A stretch of 63,209 bases of DNA, counting the filler, from Desulfonatronovibrionaceae bacterium (GTDB lineage Bacteria > Desulfobacterota > Desulfovibrionia > Desulfovibrionales > Desulfonatronovibrionaceae): assembly GCA_046539845.1 (NCBI GenBank). It is 5 parts of 5 records of this genome, joined end to end, with 100 filler letters (N's around TTAATTAATTAA, not from the genome) between each part and the next. Parts side by side here need not be neighbours in the genome. Positions count along the whole stretch, not along the records: positions 41,811 to 54,803 come from JBKHGE010000054.1; positions 54,904 to 63,209 come from JBKHGE010000063.1; 3 more parts are not named here. One strand, 5' to 3'. The notes beneath the pieces were generated by a model that had not been told where the DNA came from, did not search any database, and saw only the letters and a list, made by a program, of their open reading frames with translations. The position numbers and the translations under genes were made by a program. The first letter of the stretch is position 1; each line of letters opens with the position of its first letter. Of this stretch, positions 51,261 to 60,034 are shown one piece after another.

Positions 51261-51290
51261 GGCCCGCGAATTGCGCGAATAAGCGCGAAT
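51261..51290 (+). repeat. Heptamer-triplet repeat, forward copy 4
   Basis: GGCC-CGCGAAT-TG-CGCGAAT-AAG-CGCGAAT. Confidence 0.9.
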
Positions 51291-51304
51291 GAAGAAGGAA
51301 ATCT

Positions 51305-52483
51305 TTGGTTATAAATAAAAGAATATATCTTTCCCCTCCGCATATGTCCGGGGAGGAGCAAAAGTTTGTCTCCGAGGCCTTTGCCTCGAACATGATTGCT
51401 CCACTCGGTCCGCAAGTGGATGCCTTTGAGCGCGAATTCGCCGAATTTACCGGCTGGAAGCACTGCCTAGCCCTTTCTTCCGGAACAGCGGCCATGCATC
51501 TGGTGCTCAGGCATTTGGGGATCAGGCCCGGGGACGAAGTCCTGGCCTCCACATTGACCTTTATCGGCAGCGTTTCCCCGGCTGTAATCGAAGGCGGAGG
51601 ACTGGTATTTATTGATTGTGATCAGCACACCTGGAATATGCACCCCGGTCTGCTCGAAGCGGAGCTTAACAGGCTGGCTGAGAGGGGGCAGCTTCCCCGG
51701 GCCGTGATTCCCACGGATTTGTATGGTCAGTGCTGTGATTATGATGCGCTTTTCGATGTCTGCCAAGGGCATGGAGTTCCGGTCATTATTGATGCGGCCG
51801 AGTCTCTGGGGGCCGAATACCGCGGCCGCAAAGGCACGCTTGCCGCAGGCCGGGCCGGATATGCCGCGGTGTATTCTTTTAACGGCAATAAGATCCTGAC
51901 CACCTCTGGCGGGGGGATGTTGGCCTCGAACGACAGGGAGCTTATAGACCATGCCCGCAAGCTCTCCCAGCAGGCCCGGGAGCCTCTCCCTTATTACGAA
52001 CACACCGAACTTGGCTTCAATTACCGCATGAGCAATATCCTGGCCGGAGTCGGCCGGGGGCAGATGCGGGTGGTGCCGGAGCGGGTGGCAAAGAAGAGGG
52101 AGATTTTCAGCTACTATAAGGAAAAATTGGCCGGAGTCCCGGGGATCGATTTTATGCCGGAAGCAAAATACAATAGATGCAGCCGGTGGCTGAGTGTCAT
52201 CCTTGTGGACCGGGAGGAATTCGGAGCCGGGCCCGAGGATATCCGCCTGGCCCTGGAAAAAGAAAACATCGAGTCCAGGCCGGTGTGGAAGCCCATGCAT
52301 CTGCAGCCGGTGTTTGGGAAAAAAGGGGCCCGGGCCAGGCCGGTGGGCGGAGAGAACTCGGAGCTACTTTTCCAACGCGGTCTTTGCCTGCCTTCGGGCA
52401 CGCAATTAACTTTTGCGGACCTTGAGCGAATATCCGCAATAATCAGATCCTGCTGTCCCAAATCCCGGATTGTCGATTCATGA
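51305..52483 (+). CDS. DegT/DnrJ/EryC1/StrS aminotransferase (PglE-like)
   Basis: IYLSPPHM, SSGTAA, DAAESLG, SFNGNKILTTSGGG, GFNYRMSN; TTG start uncertain. Confidence 0.92.
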   Translation: MVINKRIYLSPPHMSGEEQKFVSEAFASNMIAPLGPQVDAFEREFAEFTGWKHCLALSSGTAAMHLVLRHLGIRPGDEVLASTLTFIGSVSPAVIEGGGLVFIDCDQHTWNMHPGLLEAELNRLAERGQLPRAVIPTDLYGQCCDYDALFDVCQGHGVPVIIDAAESLGAEYRGRKGTLAAGRAGYAAVYSFNGNKILTTSGGGMLASNDRELIDHARKLSQQAREPLPYYEHTELGFNYRMSNILAGVGRGQMRVVPERVAKKREIFSYYKEKLAGVPGIDFMPEAKYNRCSRWLSVILVDREEFGAGPEDIRLALEKENIESRPVWKPMHLQPVFGKKGARARPVGGENSELLFQRGLCLPSGTQLTFADLERISAIIRSCCPKSRIVDS

Positions 52484-54384
52484 ACACAATACGCTCTCAG
52501 CTGGCCAACCCCAAATTCTATATAATGCTTTTAAGCGACGCCCTGTTGGTGGCGGCGGCCTTGATGTTCGCATATCTGCTGCGTTTTGATTTCGTGCCCG
52601 GCCGGTATATGCACCAGGCACTGGTCCTTGTCCCCTTTGCGGTCACAGCCAAGGCCTTTTTCTTTTTCGTATTCGGTCTGTACCGCGGTATGTGGAGGTA
52701 TACCAGCCTGGAAGACCTGGTCCGCCTTTTTCTGGCCTCACTTCTCGGAGAGACCCTGCTTATCGCCGGCATAGCTTATTTATTCCGCTTTTATGGTTTT
52801 CCCCGCTCAGTTTTCGGGATTGATTTCTTTTTGACCCTTTTTCTGTGCGGGGGGCTGCGGGTGGCCATAAGGAGCTACTTTGCCTGGCGCAGAGGGGCTT
52901 TGGTCCCGTCCAGCCTGAGGATGCCTTTTATGCCTGCCTCAAGAGGGGGGCAGCCGGTCTTGATAGTCGGGGCCGGGAATGCCGGGGAAAAGGTGTGCCG
53001 GGAGATCCTGGAGCGCAAGGACACGGGCTTGAGCCTGGTCGGCTTTGTGGATGACGATCCGGATAAGATCAACCGTTTGATTCATGGAATCCCGGTATTG
53101 GGTGCGGTGCATGAATTATTGGATATTTGCGCCTCCTATCAAATTCGGGAGGTCTTTATTGCCCTTCCTTCCGCATCCGGGCAAAAGATCCGGCTGATTG
53201 TGGAGACATGCGAGGCGGCCGGGGTCAGATATAAGATATTGCCTGGTATTGGGGAGCTCATGGAGGGCAAAGTCAGTGTGAAGCATCTTCGGGATGTGAA
53301 TTACACAGACTTGCTCGGGCGTCCGGAGGTGGAATTGGATGACCGGGAAATAGCCGCATATATCGCCGGGAAAACGATCCTGGTTTCCGGGGCCGGCGGC
53401 TCGATAGGATCCGAGCTTTGCCGCCAGATTTTGCAGTTCAATCCGGGACATATAGTGCTTTTGGATTCCTCGGAGGCCAAGTTGTATTCCATTCAGATGG
53501 AACTGTGGCACGAGCGCTCTTTTCATGAGCTGACCCCGGTTTTGGGGCAGTGCCAGGACAAGGACCTTGTCGAGGATGTTTTTGCCCGGATAAAGCCGGA
53601 GGTGGTATTTCACGCTGCGGCCTACAAGCATGTTCCCCTGTTGGAGGAAAATCCCTGGCAGGCGGTGGAAAACAATATCCGGGGGACCTTTGTCCTTATG
53701 CAGGCTGCATGGGACGCCGAAGTGGAACGTTTCGTGGTTGTCTCCACGGACAAGGCGGTTCGTCCGACCAATGTCATGGGGGCAAGCAAAAGGGTGACCG
53801 AACTCCTGATGCATGCCTTTCCCGGGGGGGGCACCCGTTTTATGGCTGTTCGTTTCGGCAATGTCCTGGGCTCCTCGGGCTCGGTCGTTCCCCTTTTTCG
53901 CCGTCAGATAGAGCACGGCGGGCCGGTGACCGTAACCCATCCGGAGGTGACCAGATATTTCATGACCGTGGAAGAGGCCACTCAGCTGATCCTCCAGGCC
54001 GGGTCCATGGGCAGGGGAGGGGAGATATTTATTCTCAAGATGGGTGTGCCAATTAAAATAGCGGATATGGCCCGGGACTTGATCCGTCTTTCCGGAAAAG
54101 AGCCGGAAAGAGATATAGATATTGTCTTTACCGGGCTAAGACCGGGCGAAAAATTGTATGAGGAGCTTATCACCGAAGGAGAGGGCATTGTTCAGACCAT
54201 GCATGAAAAGATCATGGTCCTGGAGTCGGAAAAGGATTCCCTTGTTCGGGGTGACGGTTTTCAGGAAAAAATGTGCCGGGCTGTCAGTGACCTGGAGGAT
54301 TGCGCCCGGGCCAGGGACAAGAAGACAATCCAAGCTAAATTCTTAGAAGTTGTGCCTGAGTATAGGCCGGGTGGTGAAGAGTGA
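52480..54384 (+). CDS. UDP-GlcNAc 4,6-dehydratase (PglF/CapD-like)
   Basis: Four N-terminal TMs, GAGGSIGSE, FHAAAYKHVP, STDKAVRPTNVMGASK, RFGNVLGSSGSV. Confidence 0.94.
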   Translation: MNTIRSQLANPKFYIMLLSDALLVAAALMFAYLLRFDFVPGRYMHQALVLVPFAVTAKAFFFFVFGLYRGMWRYTSLEDLVRLFLASLLGETLLIAGIAYLFRFYGFPRSVFGIDFFLTLFLCGGLRVAIRSYFAWRRGALVPSSLRMPFMPASRGGQPVLIVGAGNAGEKVCREILERKDTGLSLVGFVDDDPDKINRLIHGIPVLGAVHELLDICASYQIREVFIALPSASGQKIRLIVETCEAAGVRYKILPGIGELMEGKVSVKHLRDVNYTDLLGRPEVELDDREIAAYIAGKTILVSGAGGSIGSELCRQILQFNPGHIVLLDSSEAKLYSIQMELWHERSFHELTPVLGQCQDKDLVEDVFARIKPEVVFHAAAYKHVPLLEENPWQAVENNIRGTFVLMQAAWDAEVERFVVVSTDKAVRPTNVMGASKRVTELLMHAFPGGGTRFMAVRFGNVLGSSGSVVPLFRRQIEHGGPVTVTHPEVTRYFMTVEEATQLILQAGSMGRGGEIFILKMGVPIKIADMARDLIRLSGKEPERDIDIVFTGLRPGEKLYEELITEGEGIVQTMHEKIMVLESEKDSLVRGDGFQEKMCRAVSDLEDCARARDKKTIQAKFLEVVPEYRPGGEE

Positions 54385-54405
54385 GAAAGACAAGAGCTTT
54401 CTGGA

Positions 54406-54431
54406 GGCTGATCGCGTTGATTTGCGCCGAT
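54406..54431 (+). repeat. Heptamer-triplet repeat, forward copy 5 (degenerate)
   Basis: GGCTGAT-CG-CGTTGAT-TTG-CGCCGAT, same 7-2-7-3-7 spacing, 21 nt after the PglF-like stop. Confidence 0.65.
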
Positions 54432-54582
54432 CAAAAATAGGGATTAACAGGCCGCTCTTAAGTTTCCAGATTGAGACGTTGCTACAGTAAGTGTAAATTT
54501 TTGCCTACGGATAGCTGTGTAGCCTTGCCCTTGTCGATTTTTGAGGGCCTTCCGGTTAAGCCAAATCATAAAACGCTTTAGT

Positions 54583-54767
54583 CTCTCGCCCCCTCGAGGA
54601 CTCGGTAGAGCCGCCAAGGAAGAGTGGAGAGAAGACAGTTTTTCCTCTTGTTCCTTCGGAACATGAGGAAAAGTTCTCCGCGCGGGGCGCGGGGAAGATG
54701 ATTTTTTCTCCTCTCTTTCTCCTGCCTTTGCTCTGTGCCTTGAGCGACCCTTGGGAGCGGGCGTGAG
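54583..54767. repeat. Palindromic MITE-like intergenic element
   Basis: Imperfect terminal IR CTCTCGCCCCCTC / GAGCGGGCGTGAG; central hairpin TTTTCCTC.TGTTCC-TTC-GGAACA.GAGGAAAA. Confidence 0.5.
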
Positions 54768-54803
54768 CTTTTCTTTCTTTGCCTCTCGCCTCCGGCACTC
54801 AGA

Positions 54804-54903
54804 NNNNNNNNNNNNNNNNNNNNNNNNNNNNNNNNNNNNNNNNNNNNTTAATTAATTAANNNNNNNNNNNNNNNNNNNNNNNNNNNNNNNNNNNNNNNNN
54901 NNN
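54804..54903. other. Artificial contig linker
   Basis: N44-TTAATTAATTAA-N44. Confidence 0.98.
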
Positions 54904-54913
54904 TAGGTATTAT

Positions 54914-54927
54914 TTGACCTATATCAA
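54914..54927. promoter_or_regulatory. HcpR/Dnr-type box before the cupin gene
   Basis: TTGA-CCTATA-TCAA. Confidence 0.7.
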
Positions 54928-54980
54928 GGCGGATGTTTTAATTTTTGTCCAGTATTACTTCAAACAATAAGGAGGAAGAG

Positions 54981-55298
54981 ATGCAACAAATCAATTTATT
55001 TGAAGAAAACGGCTTCAGTGAAAAAGGTATGAAAAAACTGCTGGTCCACGACTCCCCGTATTTCAAGATCCTCAACTTCAATTTCCGGGCCGGGCAGGAA
55101 TTGCCCCTGCATTCCCATGACATCGAGGGACAGCTGTGCATCACCGTTTTGGAAGGCGAAGGGGAATTTCTGGGTGAAAACGGGGCCACTCTGCCGGCGA
55201 AAACAGGGGATGTTCTGGTCGCGGACATAGCCGAACCGCACGGGATCCGGGCCGTTAAGGATTTGCGCGTCCTGGTGACTATCGCCCCGCCCATATAA
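54981..55298 (+). CDS. Cupin-domain protein
   Basis: GQELPLHSH, VLEGEG, PHGIRA; AGGAGG RBS. Confidence 0.88.
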   Translation: MQQINLFEENGFSEKGMKKLLVHDSPYFKILNFNFRAGQELPLHSHDIEGQLCITVLEGEGEFLGENGATLPAKTGDVLVADIAEPHGIRAVKDLRVLVTIAPPI

Positions 55299-55320
55299 AA
55301 ACGAGATCGATTCATCGGCC

Positions 55321-55644
55321 ATGAAAAGATTGTCCCTACTCTTCCCGGTTTTGAGTTTCGCCCTGCTTGCGGCGCATTCCCTCCGGGCCGGGGACAATTT
55401 CCTTTTTATCGGCTGGCTGGGCATGGCGGTCTCGGTCTTCTTCCTGCGCACGGACAGAGGCCGGCATGCCGCAGCAGCCGCTCTCTGCCTGGGCGGGCTC
55501 ATGTGGCTGGACAGATCAGTTAGTCTTATCTCCTTCCGTCTGGCAGCGGATGAGCCCCTTTTGCGCCTGACAGGAATCCTGGCTGCTGTTTTGGCTTTGA
55601 TTCTGTTTTCCGTGTGGATCCTCTTAAAAAACAGATGGAATTAA
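55321..55644 (+). CDS. Small membrane protein
   Basis: Four hydrophobic segments, LLAAHSLR. Confidence 0.65.
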   Translation: MKRLSLLFPVLSFALLAAHSLRAGDNFLFIGWLGMAVSVFFLRTDRGRHAAAAALCLGGLMWLDRSVSLISFRLAADEPLLRLTGILAAVLALILFSVWILLKNRWN

Positions 55645-55725
55645 AGCCAGTTGGCTGCAACATTGAACAGTTGCCCCTAGGCAAACAATTCAGGGGCCTT
55701 GACATTGGATGTGGATCTTATCCAC

Positions 55726-56430
55726 CTAGCGCACGGCTATTTCCTCCTTGATCCGCCCGCTCAGATCCAAAATCACGTTTATAACCGGCAGATCCGCACC
55801 GGCATCCTCCATACCCTCGAGGACAATCCTTAAAAGACCCTTGCAGCAGGGCACTTCCATGGAAAGCACGGTTACGCTTTTAATGTCCCCGCGGGAGAAT
55901 ACTGCCCTGAACTTATCCCGGTAAGCGGCCTGGTCGTCGAATTTAGGACAGCCGAGCAGGGCCACTTTGCCCGGAAGGAGCTCGGAGTGATAAAGCGAAG
56001 AGGCCGCGGGTGCGCAGTCCGCGGTTATCAAAAGATCCGCTCCGGCCAGAAAATCCATTTCCGGGCGAATCAGATTGATCTGAACCGGCCAATGCTTAAG
56101 AGCACTCTTTTCTCCCTGTGTACCCGGGGATTTTTCCAATACGGACAGGGCAAATACGCCCGGACACCCCGCGGCCCCCGGCCCATCTTGACCGGACCGG
56201 GGACTGTTTTGCACGGCCTGGGCATCAAAGGGCTCGGCCTCGCGCTCAATCACCTTTATGGCCCCGCTAGGGCAGTTGCCCAGGCAATGCCCCAGCCCGT
56301 CGCAATATTTATCCCCTATCAGTCGGGCCTTGCCATTTATTATTTTTATCGCCCCTTCCTCGCAGGCTGGAATGCACAGCCCGCATCCGTCGCAGAGTTC
56401 CTCGTCGATTTCCACTATCGGTCTTTTCAT
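55726..56430 (-). CDS. 4Fe-4S ferredoxin-domain protein (hcp-associated type)
   Basis: CDGCGLCIPACEEGAI, CDGLGHC, WPVQI, ADC, GCPKFD, MEVPCC; AAGGAG RBS before ATG 56430. Confidence 0.88.
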   Translation of the reverse strand: MKRPIVEIDEELCDGCGLCIPACEEGAIKIINGKARLIGDKYCDGLGHCLGNCPSGAIKVIEREAEPFDAQAVQNSPRSGQDGPGAAGCPGVFALSVLEKSPGTQGEKSALKHWPVQINLIRPEMDFLAGADLLITADCAPAASSLYHSELLPGKVALLGCPKFDDQAAYRDKFRAVFSRGDIKSVTVLSMEVPCCKGLLRIVLEGMEDAGADLPVINVILDLSGRIKEEIAVR

Positions 56431-56582
56431 GTCCGTCTCCTTTATTTTGAACCTCAAGCCGCCCCGGCGGGACCCGGATATTAAAAAGATTTGATTGCGG
56501 CAAAAAACCGAAGTGCAGCATATAACCAATGTCTGCCGCCTCAAAACTCCCTGGCCGAATGTAACCTATCACAGGGTTAACT

Positions 56583-56788
56583 AATCAAGCTGAGGTCCGG
56601 TTTCCCGGTGTAAGCGAGTTTGGCTGCCGCCGACACAGGACGTGCAGAAGGCGGCAGCCACCTCGGAGGCGGCCAGGACGGCCGCCGAGAATGATCGACA
56701 CCGGGTGCCGGACGCCCCCATCCCGTGAATGCGGCCGAATCGCTTTTGCGGCGGCCGGATCTGAGCCGGTTCCGGCTTCAGCTTGCTT
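56583..56788. repeat. Highly structured GC-rich palindromic element
   Basis: Terminal IR CAAGCTGA/TCAGCTTG enclosing nested stems. Confidence 0.55.
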
Positions 56789-56814
56789 TTTGAATCAAAT
56801 TGGCTAAAACTGCT

Positions 56815-56828
56815 TTGACTTGGATCAA
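56815..56828. promoter_or_regulatory. HcpR/Dnr-type box next to the hcpR RBS
   Basis: TTGA-CTTGGA-TCAA. Confidence 0.65.
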
Positions 56829-56839
56829 AAGGAGCGCAA

Positions 56840-57523
56840 ATGACCGAAACTCTTTCCTTGCAGGATGTCTTTCTTTTTCAGGGACAGTCCCCGGAACAGG
56901 TGGAGAACCTGAAAAAAATAAGCAGCAAAATCGATCTGCCGGCGAAGCGGGAGATTTTCGTCCAAGGGGAGAAAGCAAACGGATTCTATCTGATCCTCTC
57001 CGGGCGGGTGAAGGTATACAAAATGTCCCCGGAGGGCCGGGAGCAGATCCTGCACATCTTTACCTCCGGGGAACCCATAGGCGAAGTCCCGGTATTTTCC
57101 GGGGGCACTTTTCCGGCCAGTGCGGAGACCCTGGAAGAGTGCACGCTTTTGTTCTTCCCCCGGGAAAGACTGCGTTCCCTGTTTACCACTGATCCATCCA
57201 TGGCCATGAACATGCTCGCGGTCCTGGCCGGCAGATTGCGGGAATTCACCCGGACCATAGAGAGCCTGTCCTTGAAAAACCTCGCTTCCAGGCTGGCCTC
57301 CTATCTTGTGCACACCCATTCCCCGGGGCAGGGAACAGTAATCGACCTGGGGATCCCCAAAGGAGTATTGGCCAATATCCTGGGTACCTCCCAGGAGGCC
57401 CTGTCCCGGACATTCAGGCGTATGAACGAGGCCGGGATCATAAGGGTTAACGGCAGGAGAATAGAAATCCTGGATCCGGAACGGCTGTCCAGGATCGCGG
57501 AGGCCCTGGAGGAATTGGCGTAA
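56840..57523 (+). CDS. hcpR: Crp/Fnr-family regulator, HcpR-type
   Basis: cNMP-binding fold (GREQIL, GEPIGE), HTH GTSQEALSR; adjacent to hcp. Confidence 0.8.
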   Translation: MTETLSLQDVFLFQGQSPEQVENLKKISSKIDLPAKREIFVQGEKANGFYLILSGRVKVYKMSPEGREQILHIFTSGEPIGEVPVFSGGTFPASAETLEECTLLFFPRERLRSLFTTDPSMAMNMLAVLAGRLREFTRTIESLSLKNLASRLASYLVHTHSPGQGTVIDLGIPKGVLANILGTSQEALSRTFRRMNEAGIIRVNGRRIEILDPERLSRIAEALEELA

Positions 57524-57680
57524 TCATGTGTCCCTTTTGGGTTCCTCGACCTTGGATGTGGCTTGTATCTATAACTGGCCGCCCCCATGGCTGCAACATG
57601 AACATTTTTTGCGCCTTGCCCTTTTCGATTTTAAAGCGACCTGCGTTATAAGGAATTTGTAGGCAACCAGATAAATTTTC

Positions 57681-57913
57681 TTATTGCCTGCCCTCGGCCA
57701 CAGCGTATACATCTTTTCGGTGACGGATGCACAAGATCACCACTACATCTTCATTTATCTTGTATTTGACCCGGTAGTCTCCAACCCTTAGTTTCCAGTA
57801 CCTTTTAAGTGTCTTTCTAAGAGGCAGACCATACTCAGCAGGGGCCGCAAGGATACGTTCCTCGATGGCCCTTTTTCCAGGACCACGTTGATTCTGGGAT
57901 TTTTTGTCGGCAT
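57681..57913 (-). pseudogene. Internally deleted RHH antitoxin-RelE toxin pair
   Basis: Antitoxin start MPTKNPRINVVLEK (AGGAGG RBS) joined out of frame to a RelE C-terminus KRAIEERIL..YGLPLRKTLKRYWKLRVGDYRV..IRHRKDVY. Confidence 0.8.
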
Positions 57914-58006
57914 CTTAACTTTCCTCCTTATTCCAAGTGTCTCGCTTGTGACCCACCAAGCCAAGTACAAACCACCTAGCGGCATCTCTAACCTGTAAGA
58001 TAACAC

Positions 58007-58045
58007 AAAAAAAGGCTGCCGACCTTTATAAGGATGCGGCAGCCC
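58007..58045 (-). terminator. Terminator of hcp
   Basis: Minus strand GGGCTGCCG...CGGCAGCCTTTTTTT. Confidence 0.75.
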
Positions 58046-58071
58046 TCAGTTAGGATCAGTGTTTTCTCCGG

Positions 58072-59718
58072 CTATTTCCCGGCCATCATGGCCTCAATAT
58101 CCTCTTTGACCGAGCCGATGGGTTTGATGTCAAACTTGTCCACCAAAACCTGGACAACGTTCGGAGACAGAAACGCGGGCAGGGTCGGTCCCAGGCGGAT
58201 GCCCTGAACGCCCAGGCTCAACAGGGCCAAAAGCACGGCCACCGCCTTTTGCTCATACCAGGCGATATCATAGGATATGGGCAGATCGTTGATGCTCTCC
58301 AGCCCGAAGGCCTCTTTCAGTTTCAGGGCGATCACGGCCAGGGAATAGGAATCATTGCACTGCCCGGCGTCCAGAACCCGGGGAATGCCGCCTATATCGC
58401 CCAGATCCAGCTTGTTGTAGCGATACTTGGCGCACCCGGCGGTAAGGATCACCGTATCCTGGGGCAGATTCTCGGCCACTTGCGTGTAATAATTGCGTGT
58501 CTTGTGCCTACCGTCGCATCCGGCCATGACCACAAAGCGCTTGATGGCCCCGGACTTTACCGCCTCGACCACCTTGTCCGCCAACGCCAGGACCTGATTA
58601 TGGGCGAAACCGCCCACTATCTTTCCGGATTCGATCTCCTGCGGTGCCTGGCACTTCTTGGCCATCTCGATTACCGGGGAAAAATCCTTTTCCCCGCCTT
58701 CGGGCCGGTCCTGGATATGCCCGGCCCCGGCATAATTGACCACACCCGTGGTAAACAGCCTGTCCAGATAGGTATTTTTGTTCTTCACCGGGATCAGGCA
58801 GTTGGTGGTCAGGATGATCGGTCCGTTAAAGGATTCGAACTCATCGTTTTGTTGCCACCAGGAGCCGCCGTAATTGCCCACGAAATGCTCATACTTCTTG
58901 AGCTCCGGATAATAATTGGCCGGGAGCATCTCCCCGTGGGTGTATACATCCACGCCGCTGCCCTCGGTCTGTTTCAAGAGCTCTTCCATGTCTTTCAAAT
59001 CATGCCCGCTGATCAATATCCCGGGATTGTCCCGGACCCCGATATTTACCTCGGATATTTCCGGATGACCGTAGGCCGAGGTATTGGCCTCGTCCAAAAG
59101 GGCCATGGTGTTCACCGCGTTGTCCCCGGCCCGCATGACCATATTGACCATCTCGTCCACGGAGAGATCTTTGGTGGTCGAGGCCAGGGCGTGCATGATA
59201 AATCCGTAGATATCGTCCTTTCCCTTGCCCAGGATGGCGGCGTGATCGGCATAGGCGGCGATGCCCTTGCAGCCGATAACCAGGAGTTCCCGCAGGGAAC
59301 GTACATCTTCATTTTCCACCGCGGTAATGCGCACCTCGTCGGACAAGGCCTTGGCCTTGATCTCCTCCTTGTCTCCGGAAGACCACACAGCACAGTCCGG
59401 AAGCGGGTCGGGCAGATCCCCGTTCAGCTTTTCCTTGACCGCCTCCCGGACCCGGAGACCCTGCTTTATGCGCTCGACAATCACATCGTCATCCCAGGCC
59501 ACATTGGTAATGGTGGTGAAAAGGGCCTTGCACACGAAGTTGCCCGCGTCCCGGTCCACGGTGCCCTTTTCCTGCAGCTTGTCCCCGTAGACCGAAATAC
59601 CCTTGGTCACATAAATAAGCAGATCCTGAAGATCAGCGGTCTCTTCGGGTTTGCCGCACATTCCCTTGACTGTGCAGCCCTGATTCTTGGCCGTTTCCTG
59701 ACATTGAAAACAAAACAT
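58072..59718 (-). CDS. hcp: Hybrid cluster protein
   Basis: [49 protein letters not shown]. Confidence 0.97.
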   Translation of the reverse strand: MFCFQCQETAKNQGCTVKGMCGKPEETADLQDLLIYVTKGISVYGDKLQEKGTVDRDAGNFVCKALFTTITNVAWDDDVIVERIKQGLRVREAVKEKLNGDLPDPLPDCAVWSSGDKEEIKAKALSDEVRITAVENEDVRSLRELLVIGCKGIAAYADHAAILGKGKDDIYGFIMHALASTTKDLSVDEMVNMVMRAGDNAVNTMALLDEANTSAYGHPEISEVNIGVRDNPGILISGHDLKDMEELLKQTEGSGVDVYTHGEMLPANYYPELKKYEHFVGNYGGSWWQQNDEFESFNGPIILTTNCLIPVKNKNTYLDRLFTTGVVNYAGAGHIQDRPEGGEKDFSPVIEMAKKCQAPQEIESGKIVGGFAHNQVLALADKVVEAVKSGAIKRFVVMAGCDGRHKTRNYYTQVAENLPQDTVILTAGCAKYRYNKLDLGDIGGIPRVLDAGQCNDSYSLAVIALKLKEAFGLESINDLPISYDIAWYEQKAVAVLLALLSLGVQGIRLGPTLPAFLSPNVVQVLVDKFDIKPIGSVKEDIEAMMAGK

Positions 59719-59806
59719 GCTGCTCCCTCCTGTTTGGTTTATGTTGTGAAATATAAAATTCAATCCGCGTTTGAAAACAACCTAGACCATGGCCTTGACC
59801 ATTTCT

Positions 59807-59820
59807 TTGATGCACATCAA
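59807..59820. promoter_or_regulatory. HcpR/Dnr-type box upstream of hcp
   Basis: Perfect TTGAT-GCAC-ATCAA. Confidence 0.8.
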
Positions 59821-60034
59821 ATAAGCCAAAGCGATTTTACAGCCCGGTCAGGGAGTCATGAAAAACCAAGCTACTGCAAATCCAAAGCAAAAGCATCTCG
59901 CTCCCGGACCAGACTAACAATATTGGAGCCCAGAATAAAAACTTCAAAAAGTTTTCAAATCCTTCTTTTGTCTTCTTGATCTTGTACACGTTTTCTGTAT
60001 ATAAACAAAATTAGACTAGAGGAGGGAATAATTT

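Noticed and set aside
47272..51290. Heptamer triplets as a CRISPR array
   Set aside because: Copies are dispersed, in both orientations and separated by whole genes; no regular spacers and no cas genes.
14148..54903. Four identical TTAATTAATTAA motifs inside N runs
   Set aside because: Artificial six-frame-stop linkers, not biological repeats; adjacency across them is not meaningful.
56491..56504. Fourth HcpR box (TTGATTGCGGCAAA) before the Fe-S gene
   Set aside because: The second half-site deviates at two positions; plausible but not supportable.
58249..59979. 576-aa plus-strand ORF
   Set aside because: Antisense shadow of hcp; the same applies to the long ORFs opposite sat, qmoB and recD2.
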